DNA of 62,757 nucleotides from Fonticula alba ATCC 38817 (Eukaryota; Protista; Nucleariida), in the NCBI GenBank assembly GCA_000388065.2, contig KB932210.1; one strand, 5' to 3'. The notes below the pieces were generated by a model. The model was not told the DNA's origin, ran no database searches, and worked only from the letters and a program-made list of their open reading frames with translations. The translations under genes and the position numbers were made by a program. Positions 25,572 through 39,000 of this stretch are shown one piece after another. Numbering within the stretch: position 1 is the first letter of the stretch; each line of letters opens with the position of its first letter.

Positions 25572-26054
25572 TTTCTTTTGGCCCGCGGCGAGCATTTCCT
25601 TTTCCTCTCTCGGCTCACGCGCTTCGTGGCCCCCTCGCGCGCCCCCTTCTGCCGGCCCAACCAAGCGGGCCTGGTCTGGCAGGCCGGCGGCGCAAAGACA
25701 ATCAAACAATCAGAAGGGCCCCCAAACATGCGACGGGGCGCGGCCGGTGTCCCGTGTCTCCTGGTGCGCCCCCCTCCTGCCGGCCGCGCGGACCCGCACT
25801 CCGGCGTGCCAGTCAAGAACCCCGGACGGTGCTCTGCGCGCGTGCGTGCCTCTCTCTCGTGCTCCTCTGTCGCTCCGGTTTGAAGCGCCTCGTCGGCCGG
25901 AGACAGGCGCACCCCTCTCTCCCTCATGGACCGCAGCCCCCTCCTCCTTCCGACGGCGGGCCGCCCGCCCCTCGCCCGGTCCTCCTCCCCCCCCCCCGGC
26001 GGCGGAAGTTGCCACTCTCCTGCCTCGTCAGGGCGGAGGGCAAAAAGGAGAGAC

Positions 26055-26125
26055 TGCGTCGACCGGGAATCGAACCCGGGTCTACCGCGTGGCAGGCGGC
26101 AATTCTACCACTAAACCATCGACGC
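26055..26125 (-). tRNA. tRNA-Gly(GCC)
   Basis: GCGTCGA...TCGACGC-A; anticodon arm GCCGC-CTGCCAC-GCGGT. Confidence 0.96.
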
Positions 26126-26800
26126 CTGGAGGGGGTCCCTCCAGGAGGACACAAAAAGCCATGTGGCCTGTTTCTGGCGCCGTCTCCCGGCTCCGGGTCC
26201 AGTTGAGCCCCCTCCGCAGCCTGGCCCGCGGCCGGCGCGGTGCAGCTCCCTCTCCATGCGGCCCTCCCCCGCCCGGCCGCTGTCTCCACCGCGGAAGTTG
26301 TCGCGCCCCAGTCGCCGGTCCCCTCCGCCGACCACCGCCCAGTGGGATCTCCTCGATACATGCGTCCCGGCCTGGACCCACTCGCAGGCGGTGGCTGTCA
26401 TCCCACGGCCTGGGGACGTTCCCGAGGGTCACCCTCTCCGCCGCAGCTGCTCTGCAGCCCCGGCCCTGTGAATACGTTCGGCCGGGCGCTCGACCTGCAC
26501 CGCCACGCGTGGGGCCACCGCAGGCCAGCTGCCCTGCCCTGTTCGGCGTACATCTGCCGCCAACAGGACTATCCCCACGCCCCAAGCGGGCACGCCGTCG
26601 TCCCGCTTAGGCCATCGGCGATCGATTCCTCCCCCCCCCTGCCGAGCACCGGGTCGCGCCTCTCCGCCGACACCGGCCCCGGTCATACGCCACGCCCCCG
26701 AGCCACGCCACGCCCCCCGGGCTGCCGCCCTGTGCCCAGGGCGGTCACTGGGCAGAGAGGAGAGAATTTCCGCCATTCTTTCGTGGCCCTAGAACAAGAC

Positions 26801-26872
26801 GGTTGAGTGGTGTAATGGTTATCACGGCAGACTCTGAATCTGTCAATCCGAGTTCGATTCTCGGCTCGACCT
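26801..26872 (+). tRNA. tRNA-Gln(CTG), copy 1
   Basis: GGTTGAG...CTCGACC-T; anticodon arm GCAGA-CTCTGAA-TCTGT. Confidence 0.96.
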
Positions 26873-27077
26873 TCTCTTTTAAATATTTTGCATCACCCCC
26901 TGACCTTCCTCCCCCGTGCCCCTATCTCTTTTATTTCTCTCTCCCTCTTTCTCCGTGTTTCTCTGTCCCTTGTCCCCCTCCCCCGCCCCAACCCGGACCA
27001 CATCACACCTGCATCAACACAACCCACAGGCAGTCAATCAAAAGCTGTATTGGCAGATCGCGCGGACACTCGCCTCC

Positions 27078-30000
27078 TCAGGCCGCCACATGCTTCGGCG
27101 GGGCGGCGATGCAGTCCAGCATGCGCACGGCCCCCAGCGAATCCGAGGCGGTCAGGTTCAGCAGCACCGACCCCGGGGCCGGCAGCAGGGCGGCATCGCC
27201 AGCTTCCGCCGCCGCCGCCGCCGCCGCCGCGCCGAGGTTCGAGCTCAGCAGGGTCACCTGGTCCACCGACAGGTGGACCACCGGGGCCAGGCGCGAGCTG
27301 GCAAACATGCCCACCGGCTCCAGCCGCGGCATCAGGCCCAGGGGATCGTCGGTGGCCGCCGCCGCCGCCGCCGCGTGCAGCGGATCAACCACCCGCGACA
27401 CCCGCACAAACCCATCGGACCCGGCGGTCACCAGCAGGGCCGACCCCAGCACCGGCGGCAGGAACCCCCGCGGGATGTTGGCTTCGCTCAGCCGGCCCAG
27501 GTACAGCGAGTGCTGGCTGTTGGTGCTGCTCGCGGGGGACGGCACGCCCCCCACCGAGGGGGGACCCGCCGCCGCCGCCGCCGCCGGCAGCTGGGTGTAG
27601 TGCTCGGACAGCGACACCCCGCCCAGGAAGACGGCCTTCTCCCAGCACCGGCGCCCGGCCTCGCGCGACAGGTCCCGATGCTCGTCCGCCGACCAGGTGC
27701 CATTGCCACCGTCGGCCGCGGCGGTCTCGGCCAGGAAGGCCACCACCCCGGCCGCCGGCTCCAACGGCGGGGCCAGCTGCCCGGCGATGCGGGCCACCGC
27801 CGACGAGGCCGCCGCGCTGGAGGCCGCCGCGCCCGGGCCGAGCGGCGTGTCGGCCACCGACCCGGGCACCACGCGCCCGGCCGCCAGCAGCGCCTCCGGC
27901 CGAATGACAGCCACCCCTTGGACCAGGGCCGCGCCATCGTGCGGCCGCCACACGGCCGCCAGCTGGTACACCGGGCGACCGGGGGTCAGCCGCCCGGTCA
28001 GCTGCTCATGCAGCCGGCCACCCAGCCCAGGGCCCAGCAGCAGCGGCGGCAGCCGGGCCGACGGCCGCAAAAGGGCCACCCGCCCGGCCGCCGTGCCGAG
28101 CACCACACTCGGCGGCATCAGCGCCGACACCGAGTCCGGCCGGTGGTCCCCCAGCGTCAGGGCCACCGAGTGCACCTGCGCCGAGAACCCATACCGGCGG
28201 ACATCCCCCGGCACCAGGCACCGGTCCAGCAGGGCCACCTCCTGCACCCAGAGCCCGAAGTGCTTGTCGGCCGCCTCGGCCGCCGGGGCCCAGGCGCCCG
28301 GCACCTCGGCCGCCGGCCGCATCGCAAACAGCACCGCCGACCCCGAGGAAAAGACCACCGCCGCATAGACAAGGCCCACCCCGCCGGCATGGGCCAGCAG
28401 GGCCGCCGCGCGGACCGGCCGCTGGCCATACCGCGTGCTGGCCGGCAGGGCGGCCCCCAGCGAGCCGCCCGGCGGCCCATCGGCCGACCCGCCATCGCCC
28501 AGCGGCCGGCTCGACTGCAGCCACAGCCGGTGCTGGTTGGCCCGCTCGATGGCCCGCGTCTCGCGCGATCCCAGCACATCCAGGGCCCGGGTGTGCGTCG
28601 AGTCCAGGTACACCAGGTGCAGGCGGCTGCCCGAGCAGGCCAGCGCCACCGGCAGGCCGCCGCCCATGGCCACCGGCAGGTCCACCGGGCACAGGGCCGT
28701 CACCATGGCATCGCCATGCTCCAGCATCTGCAGCAGGACCCACCGCGGCCCGTCGCCGGTGCCCGGGTCCGACTCCTCGGTCTCCAGGTCCCCGGGCGAC
28801 CCGTGCACCAGGGCCCACAGGGCCAGGTGACGGCTCGCGTGCGAGGTCAACACCAGGCTGTACGACGGCTGGCAGGCGGGGCACCCGGCCGAGGCGAAGG
28901 ACTGCCCCGGCAGGGCGACCATCGCCTGCACCGGGCCCAGGCCGCCCTCCGGCGCCGGCGCGGTCACCGCCCCCGACAGGGCCGGCAACAGCTCCTCGCC
29001 GGCCAGCGCCCGGAACGAGAAGAGCTTGGCCGTGTCCAGGTCCGCTGGCTGGCCAACCCGCCGGAGGCGCCGGGCCAGCACGGCCCCGGTCCCGGCATCG
29101 CGCACCGTCCACCGGACCACCCCGCCCAGGCACCGGTCCACCGGCAGGTAGGGATCCGCGAAGGCCGACACCGTGGCATGCTCCTCCACCAGGAACCCGC
29201 CAGCTGGCAGGTGGTGATACGGGCTCGCCTGCCAGCAGCCCGACTGCCGGCAGGCCATGACAGGCATCGCACGCGCCCGGTGCGCCACCGTGGCCGAGCA
29301 CAGCACCGAGTGGCCAAGGGCCGCGCTCGACCCGGGCAGCGACTTCGGGCTGGCCCCGGCCCGGGGGGCCTCGGCCGATGGCCCGAGAAGGGCCGCCGTC
29401 TCGACCGGCGGCAGGCCGCCCGCCGCCGCGGCCGCCGCCGTGGCCGGGCCATTCGGCACCGGGCCCCAAAACACCGACCGCCCATCGACGCCCGTGGTCA
29501 GGAAGGCCCCCAGGGCCCCGGTCGGCGAGTGGATCGCCACAATCGGCCCCGTGTGCAGCCGGGCCTTCAGCGGCACGGCCGACGACGACGATCCGCCCGC
29601 CTGGCGCGCCACCGCCGCCTGCGCCATTTCCAACGACGGCATGGCAAATGGCCGCCACACCCGCAGGGCGCCATCGCCCTCGGTCCCGACGAACACCAGG
29701 CCCCCGGGCATGAGGCTGCCCTCGGCGGTGCCCAGCGCATCGGCCAGGGCACACACGCGCCCGGCCGCCGCCCCGCCCGGCGCCGGCAGCATCGTCAGCG
29801 GCGACAGCTCCGACGACAGGACCTGCACCGCCGACCCGTGGGCCACCAGCCGGTGGCCCACGGCCAGATGCAGCACCGGCGCATCGCCATCGCTACGCGA
29901 CGCCAGGCACTGGCCCAGCGGCCCGGCACCGGCGGCTGTGCCGCCGGACCGGCCGCCACCGGCGCCGGCCGTCCCCATGCCGACCGGCAGATGCGCCTCG

Positions 30001-33000
30001 GCCAGGGCACCCAGCGACAGGGTTCGCTCATGCGACCCGTCGTACAGGCTCCCGGCCATGTCCACCGTGACCAGGGCCGCGTCGGCCGGGCGCCCGGGCC
30101 GGGCGCCCGGCCCGGCCGCCAGCAGGGCCACCCCGGCCAGCGACGAATCCGACACCGGCACATGCCGGACCCAGGAGGCGAAATTGTGCCGCGTCGCCTT
30201 CAGGCCCCGGTCCACCGGCAGCAGGGTGCACACCCCGCCGGTGGTCCCCAGCGCCAGGACCCGCCGCACCGGGCACAGGGCCACCGCCATGTAGCGCCCA
30301 TGCTCCGGCACGAAGTCCACCTGGAGCTCCGGCCCGGCCGGCGCCACCGGGCTGTAAAAGTGCAACTGGTCAATGCACTTGCAGGAGCGCGACACCGCCG
30401 GCCGCGGCGCATGGCCAAACACCGCGGCCGACCCATCGCTCAGGACCAGCGCCAGCACCGGGACATTCGGGTCCCCCACGGCCGAGGCCATGGTGCCGGC
30501 CCCGGCCGAGGCCACCACCTCCAGCCCGGTCTCGATGAAGGCCGAGGCCACGGCCTCCCGGCTGGCATGCGTCTTGCCGGGGATGCTGACAAAGCGCCGA
30601 ACCGCGCAGAACCCCAGCCCCTGGCCCGAGTCCACGGCCCACACCTCCAGCAGGCCATTGGCCAGGACCGCCAGGAAGAAGTGCAGCGTCGGCACCGGCT
30701 CCGGGTCCTTGGCCCGGCGCGCGTTGGGCTGCATCAGCTGCCCGGCGGCCCCGGGCGTCAGCGCATGCAGCCCGACCACGGCCCCGCGCAGGGGCGCCAC
30801 CGACCCGCCGGTCATCGGGTCCGTCACGCCGGACGCCGCGCTGGCCGCGTCACGCGGCGCCTGCCCCGGCTCCAGCTCATTGGCCGCCATCTGGTTCATG
30901 AAGATGTTGGCCGTTTCCCCGAGCGGGCTCTCATGGCTCAGGCGACTGCTGTGCCAGCCGCCCTCCTCGGTGGCCCGGACAAGGTAGAGCGTCCCGGCCC
31001 GGGTGCCGGCCACCAGCACCGGCCTCGAGGAGGAGGAGGAGGAGGAGGAGGAGGAGGAGAAGCCGCCACTGTCGCCGGGCTGCTCGACATCCAGTCGCAA
31101 GAGCACCGTCGCCGGGGACTTGAGCGACGTGGCGAACTCCACCGTGCCCAGGGGCCCGGGGATCGGCAACGACGGCGCCGCAAAGTCCCGGAAGACCCCG
31201 GGATCCGTGCTGCCGCCAGACACGCCGCCCGGCATCACGGCCCCGCCGCCGCGGCTGTACACCATCCGGCCGGACCCGAGGGATGCCCGCCGGCCGCCGG
31301 TCGGCGCCGGCGCACCCCGCAGCGACACCCCGGCCATGGTGCTCAGCCCGGGCACGCGGAGAAGCGACCCGTCACGCAGGGCAAAGGCCAGGCTGCCCCA
31401 GGCGCAGAACCGCGCCCCGGCAATCGGGCTCAGCGGCACGGTCGAGCTGAAGCACAAGGCCCGGTACACGGTCTTCTCGAAGTCCCGCGACAGGAACGAC
31501 CAGCGAGGGGCCCCGGGCAGCCGGGAAAACAGCGACACGCTGCCATCCGCATGCACCGCCAGGAAGTACAACTCCGACGGGTGCAGGGCCACCGAGAGGA
31601 CCGCCTTGCGGAAGCTCACGGACCAGGTGGAAGTCTGCGCACGGGTGTCGGGCCAGCACAGGCACGATGGGGGAAGTGGTCAGCAGGGAGCGATCGAACA
31701 AGCGAGCTGAGCAGAGAGGGCGAGCTGAGCAGACAAAGCGAGCTGAGCAGACAAAGCGAGCTGAGCAGACAAAGCGAGCTGAGCAGAGAAGGCGAGCCAA
31801 GCAGGAAGCGAAGGCAGCAAAAAGGGCGTACCATCGTGCGCAGGTCCAGGAAGTGCAGCGAGCCCCAGGTGCCGACCAGGGCCCCGGGCGACCGCCGCAG
31901 CGGGACCATGCAGCTCACCGGCGGCGGGAGGTTGTTGTCGGCCACCTGGAGCAGCGACCGTGGCGGCGGCCCGGAGGGGGTCCACACCGTGGCGGCGGCC
32001 GCGGCCGTCGGGGCGTCGTCCCCGCCGCCGGCCGCCGCCCCGGCGTCATCATCATCGCCGCGCGCCCCGTCGGCCCGGCCCCCAAGCAGCGACCGCGACA
32101 AATGCTGCAAGGCCCCGGCACACAGGTCCGCCAGGGGCCAATGGAACAGCCGCCCATCGAGGCCGGCCGTCAGGAGCCCCGCACCGGGCCCATCCCCAGT
32201 CGGGCCATCCGCATGCAGCAGCAGCCCGCTGACCGCCAGCGAGTGGGCCTGGAAGGCGCTCAGCAGCCGGCAGTCGAAGGTGTTGCTCGGGCTGCCGGCC
32301 GAGTGGGCCCCGGACAGGGAGCCGCCGGGCCCGGACCCGCGTCGGAGAACACCGCCCCGGTGCAGGGCCTCCCCGCCGCCCCGGGGCCCGGACAGCACGT
32401 GCTCCGGCACCGGCGCATACACCAGCGACACCGAGCCGTCCTTGGTGCCGACGGCCAGGACGACACCCTCAAAGTGCCGGCCCATGGCCGCCTGCATGGC
32501 CGACGAGGTCAGCGATGCCAGGGACCCGAGCTTGGAGGCGCCGCCGGCCGCCGCCGCCGCCGCCATCGACGAGTTGGCCAGGCTGGAGGCCACCACCAGC
32601 GACCGGAAGGCCCCCAGCGGCAGGACGCACACCGCCGAGGGGGCCAGCGTGCCGGACCCCATCAGCCGGAAGCGCGACAGCGTCAGCCCGGTCTCCAGGC
32701 AGAGGATCTCGATGGAGAGCTGCGCCCGGCGGTGGCCATCGCGCGAGGTGGGGAGCAGTCAGTACAACAAGGCCAGGGAAAAAAAAAAAAGAAGGACATC
32801 CCACACACACACGCAGGCGCCCGGACCCGGCGCCAGGCACGTACATCGCTGTAGCAGAGGATGCTGATGCGCGCGGCGCCCGGGGCCGCGCTCGCGGCCA
32901 GCAGCTGCGCCGCCGCCGACGAGGGAGCCCCCGCATCATGCCCCGGCGCCGAGGCGAGCGCCACCGGGAACTGCGGATCCCCGGTGGCCGGCGGCCAGAC

Positions 33001-36000
33001 CGCCGAGCACGTCACCGACGCCGGGCTCGAGGACAGAACCAGCGGCCGGCCGCCGCGGGCCGCCGCCGGGGCCGCCCGGTCGGCCTCCGCCAGGGCGCGC
33101 GGCGCGAACCACGCCCGGCCAGCGCGCAGCCGGCCAATCAGCCGGCCAAAGCCCGCGGACCAGGCCGACCGCGGCAAATTCGACAGACACAGCTGGAACA
33201 CCAGCCCCGGTTCGGCCAGCAGAGCCGGCACAAAGGGCCGCACCACCGCCCCATACAGCACCGGCAGCCGGGCCGCATAGGAAGTCGGCTGCCCGGGCCC
33301 GAGCCCGGCCTCCACCCGCCGGACCCCGGCCGCATACTGCACCAGCAGGAAGGGCAGCAGCCGGGCCACGGTGGCACATGCAAAGAACCCGGCATCCCCG
33401 AGCAGGCGCCAGGCCCCGGCATGGGCCCCGGCCGCGGTCAGATGCGGCAGCGCCAGGCGCAAGGCCCGCGCATCCAGCGCCGCCCCCGGCACATCGAAGG
33501 CATCCACCGTGGCCAAGGCCCGCCGGAGGAAGTGCCCGCCCAGCAGCCGGTGGGCCGCGCGGCGCTGGCGCTCCCGCGGCATGTACCGCTGCGCCAGCAC
33601 ATGCACCACGGTGACCGGCGCGAAGGACAGCTGGAACAGCGGGTCCGGCCCATCGACCACCCGCACAAACAGCCCGCGCAGGGTCGACGACAGCATCGAC
33701 CACACGGCGTACGGCAGCCGGCCGGTGGCGCTGGCGCCGCCGACGCCGCCGACGCCGACGCCGGCACCCGCCGGCACCGGCAGCAGCAGCGCCCCCGCGC
33801 GCTGGCACAGCCCCGGGAAGGCCCCGCCCAGCAGGGCCAGCATCTCCGACTCGTACACCCCCCCGGGGGACACGCACAGCAGGCTGATCGCCAGCCCGAG
33901 CAGCTGCTCGCCCAGCGACCCGGCGGCCGCCCCGTCCGAGGGCCCGGCCAGCCCGGCCAGCGAGTCGCGCATGCTGGCCTCGGCCCGGCGCAGGGCCCAA
34001 TCCACCAGCTGCCACAGGCCGGCCTCCGGCATGGACCGGACCACGGCCGTCAGGCGCCCGGGCAGGTCCGCCTGGGCGATGCCCGCCCGCCGGGCCGCCA
34101 CCAGGGCACCCGGCCCGGCCCCGCCGGCCGCATCCAAAAACGAGAAGGACCCCCGCTGGAGGAGCTCATCGCACGCCAGCGCCAGGAACAGCGGCGACCC
34201 GGCACCGGGCTTGGCCACCAGCAGGTCCAGGTCCGACGGCTCGGCCCCGGCATCGCCCGGCCCCAGGCGCTTGTAGAAGCGCCCCAAGCGCCGGGCCACG
34301 AAGTCCGCCCGCTCGGCCGGCGCCAGCTCCCCGACGAAGAGCACCGCCCCGGCCAGCAGGACACTGGTCAGGTCGGTGGCCCGCTGCAGCTCGCCGATCA
34401 TCTGGCTCACCTGCGACGCGGACATCGAGGCGCTGGGGTTGCCGCCGGCAGGCCCGGCCGAGGCCGCGCCCCCGGCCCCGCCGAGGACCAGCGACCGGCT
34501 GGTCTCCAAGTGCCGCTGCGAGAAGACCGGATGCCAGTGGGAAATGGACGCCAGCGCCCGGCCGAGCGGCGGACCCGTCGGGCTTTGCCCCGGTCCGGCC
34601 CCCGGGCCCGGGCCCTGCGCATGGAAGGCGAAGGCCGCCTGCCCGGCGCCGGCCATGCGCCCGCGATCGGCCACCGCACCGAGCCCGGTCACGATCGCGG
34701 CCGCCGGCGCGCCGCCCACAATGGACGGGCTCAGCACCGGGCCCGGCGCCGTGCAGGTGATCACCACCCGCACGCGATCCGTATTCAGGGCCACCACCCA
34801 CCGGAGCCAATCGGTGGACAGCCCGCCGGACGGCGGCGGCGGCGGCGACGACGCCGAGGCCGAGGGCCCCGCATCGCCCTCGCCCTCGCCCGGCGCCGCG
34901 ACCTCCGGCACATCGAACACATGGTCCAGGCCGTCCAGCACCAGGACCAGCCGCCGGGACTGGGCCACGGTCTCCACCTGCCGCGACACCAGGTGCACGC
35001 TCTCCCCGAGGGTGCTATAGGTGTCGGTGAGGGCCACCTGCCGGAGGTCCTCCGCGTGCAGGAACTGCGGGAAGGCCCGGACCAGCGATTGCGACAGGCG
35101 CCGGAGGATCAGATGCGGCTCGGCCGCCTGCAGGGAGGCCCCGCAAAAGTGCGTCCACACGAAGGGCCGGTCCGCGGCGTCGGCCGGCCCATGCTCCGGG
35201 CCCCCGGTCGAGGGGTCCTCATCCGCCAGCAGCAGCGACCCCTCCCGGTGCCCGGCCAGCAGCAAGTGCGACAGGAGGGCCGTCTTGCCACTGCCCGAGG
35301 GCCCGGTCAGCAGGAGGGGATTCATCGGCGGCATCAGCGGCGCGCCAGCCACCGCAGGGCCGGATGCCACCGGCTGCGACTGCTCGGCCGCCGAATGGAA
35401 GTGCACAAAGGCCCCCAGCCGGGCATGCGCATCCGGCCGGCTGACAAACAGCCCGCCCTCGGCCAGGGCATTCAGCGACAGGAGCCCCCGGTGAAGGGCC
35501 CCCTCGGAGGCGGCGGCCTCCATGGCGCCCCCCCCGGCCAGCGCGTCCACCGCCTGCAGCAGCGGCAGCTCCTCGGCCGGGGCCGCGTCAAAGTGCCCGG
35601 CCAGGGCCGGGTCCGTGCGCAGGAGCTCCCACAGCCGGTCGACCAGCGCCCGGCGGAAGTGCCCGAACAGCGCCGCCGCCGAGGCCGCCATCTGCCCGGT
35701 CTTGGCCGAGTAGGCCCACACATCGGAGAAGTTGTACTCGAAGGCGGTCACGCGGTCCGGGGCCGCGGCCGCGGCCTGCGCCACCGCCGAGCGCAAGTGC
35801 GCCACGCGGCTGGCCGCGTCGAACCCGCCGCCGCCGGCCGCCGCGGTCGTGGCAATCGCCGCCGCCGCCGCCGCCGCCACCTCGCTCATGGAGCAGGCCC
35901 CCGGCTGGAAGGCCCCGCGCACGGCCGCCGGCAGCTGGTCCAGCACCGGCTGCGGCACGGCCGACCGCAGGGCAAACACCGCGCGCGCCGGCTCCGGCAC

Positions 36001-39000
36001 CCCGCCCAGCCGCAAGCCCACCGCATACTCGCACTCCAATTCCGTCACCGACATCAGCTCCGCCGCGGCCGGGTCATTGCCACGCAGCCAGCCGGCCAGC
36101 CGGGCCATGGCCGCCGGGTCGACGCTCGGGTCGAACCCGGCCGCCAGCTCCTCCGCGCACCGGGCCACCGCCCGGCCCCCGGGGATGTGCCCCAGCCGGT
36201 CGCCCAGCACACCGACAAAGTACGGCCGGCAGGCGTCCACCGTGGCCAGGCAGGTGGCCGTGGCCGCGGCCGACTGCAACACCGGCGGCACGCCCCACCG
36301 CAGGTCCACATCCACCAGCTCGATCCGGTGCCGGCGCAGGCGCTCCCGCAGCTCCGGCATCACGGCCCGCGAGATGATCTCCCGCTCGACGGCCATGTCC
36401 GCGAAGGTGGACGACACGAAGATGCGAACCGTGCGCCAGGCCGGCCCGGCCCCGGACACCATGCCCGAGCCGCTCGGGCCCGGGATGGTGCGCCGATCGA
36501 AGGACAGGGCACTGGTGTCGGCCTCGACCAGCGGGTCCTCCCGTTCCGACTCGGCGATCGGGATGACCTGCGCATGGCCCGGGCCGGGGTCGGCCGCCGG
36601 CGAGCCCGGCTGCCCGCGGCCCGGGCCCGGAGCCACCAGGCGCAGCTTGTGCCTCGGCCGGCCATCGGCCGCCAGTGGCTGCAGCCCGCGCTTGCGCTCC
36701 GGGTCCACCGACATCCGGCCCAGGGCATAGGCCGCGCTGTTCACCTGGCGCGAGGTGACCACCTCCGCGCGGGCCCCATACCGCGGGCCGCCGGTCGCCA
36801 GGGCCGAGCGCAGGGCCGGCCCCCAACGGGAGCGCCCGGCCCCCGGGCCCCGGCGCCCGGGACCACGCACACGCCGCAGCCCGCGAATCGTGTCGATGTT
36901 GTCCACCAGGGCCAGCTGCAGCTCGGACTCCGTGTGCCCGGCGATGTGCCGCAAAATTTGCGCACTCGCCCCCGACAGGTAGATGTCATCCGGGTGGGTG
37001 ACCGTCACCGGCAGGGACGGCCGGCCGCCGGGGCCGGCCAGCGCCCCGAGCATGCGCAGGGCACTGCTTTCGGCCGGGCCGCCATCCGGCCCGGCCGGCG
37101 CCGGCGCCGCCAGCCCCCGCGACGTGATCGAAATGTAGGACATGACCAGGCGCTCGCGCGACCCGGCCTCCTGCACCATCCGCCGGTAGTCCGCGGCAAA
37201 GGCATGCAGCGAGGCGATCAGGTCCAAGTTCCCCAGCGTCAAGTCCATGTAAATGACATGCGACAGGGCCCGCCGGTGGGTGATGTACGGCTGCAGGATG
37301 CCCGGCAGCGAGTCGGCCCCGGCGGCCCGGTCCCGGTAGCACCGGGCCACCTGCTCGCACAGGGCCCCAAAGTGGTCCAGGAAGGAGGCCCCCCGCGCGG
37401 CCGGGCCCATGACCACCGGCTGGTAGGTGCCCCCGGCCGCCGGGCCGCCCATCGGCAGGGCCAGCACCAGGTCCACCCCCTGCGAGGACAGCAGCAGCGT
37501 CGTGGCAAAGAGCATCAGCGAGCTGAGCCCCGGGTGCCGGAGCACCGCATGCTGGAACCCGCGCTCATGCTCCACGGCCTTGGTCAGCACGCGCTCCGGC
37601 AGCGACAGCGACAGGAACAGCAGCACATTCCCCGCCAGCGGGGGGATATTCAACCGCAGCGACAGGCTGATGGCACAGGACAGGCTGGCCAGGTACCGCT
37701 CGGCCAGGCGGGCGATGGCCTGCTCGGCGGGCTTCGGCTCGGCGGGCTTCGGCTCGGCGGCCCCGGCCCCGGCCCCGGCCCCGGCCTCCTCCCCCATGGC
37801 CAGGGCTTCCAGCTGCAGGTCGCGCAATTGGAAGTACGTGGTCAGGTAGTCCCAGGGCAGCAGGCGCCCGGACTGCACGGACATCGGCGAGGCAATGCGC
37901 TGCATCACCCGCTCGTGGATGTGCTGGCTGATGCCCGGCGGGGCGCCCGGGCGCCAGCCCGGCGGGTAGGTCTTCTGGATGATGGTCTTGAGGTTGCGCA
38001 GCAGCGCGGTGAACGGCAAGTTCCGCGTGATGATCAGCTCCCGCCAGGCGGCCGCATTGTTCCCCCGGCGGGAGAGCTGCGTCTGCCAGGTGACCGGCAC
38101 CGGCAGGCGCATGCGCTGGCCCGCCTGCGCCGAGTCGAAGGTCCCCGGCAGCCGGGCCGCCACAAACTCCTGGAAGGTCCCCGGGTACCGGGCCCCCAGC
38201 AGGCTCATCACATGCAGCGGCGGGTCGGCGATGTGCAGCAGCTTGATGAGGAACTGCAGCGTGAAGCTGAAGGCCGCGCGGCCCGGGCGCGCCAGCACCC
38301 GCGCGTCCTCCTGGTCGTCGGTCTCGCCGGTCTCGGCCGTGGCCTCCAGCCGCGACCGGGCGCGCTTCATCAGCCGCCCGGACTCCGGCGCCCGGCGGTC
38401 GTACTTGGCCAATTGGTAGGCCGTGAACCGGGGGAAGGCCGCCACCAGGGCCCGGCGCAGGGCCATCGGCAGGGTCACGCGCGCCAGGTCCTCCATGGTG
38501 TGGAGTTCGTAGAACCGCAAGGCCCGGTACAGCTCGGCCACCTGCAGCCAATCCGTCGGCAGGAGGACCGTCGCAGGCAGGTACTTCAGCAGGTACGGGC
38601 AGCAGGCCGGGATGGAGGCCGCCACCGCCAGCAGGTAGTTGGCCGTGGACCGGACGAAGAGCTCCAGGCGCACGTACAGGGCCAGGCGCAGGACGAACTC
38701 CGGGTCGCCGGCCTCGGCCACGGTGCGTGCCAGGCGCAGGAGCTCGAGGCTAGCAGGTGTGTGTGGATGTGTGTGTGGATGTGTGTGTGTGTGTGTGTGT
38801 GTGTGTGGATGTGTGGGCATGTGGATGTGTGGGCATGTGTGGGCATGTATGCACATATGAACGCATACATATACGTATACATATATGCATGCATACATAT
38901 TTGCATGTGGATGCAGCCACGCCACAGGCACAGCGAAGGGGGCCAGAGAGCAGACGAGCAACGCGAACACAGGTCAGACGGGTGGGAACCCACACTTCCA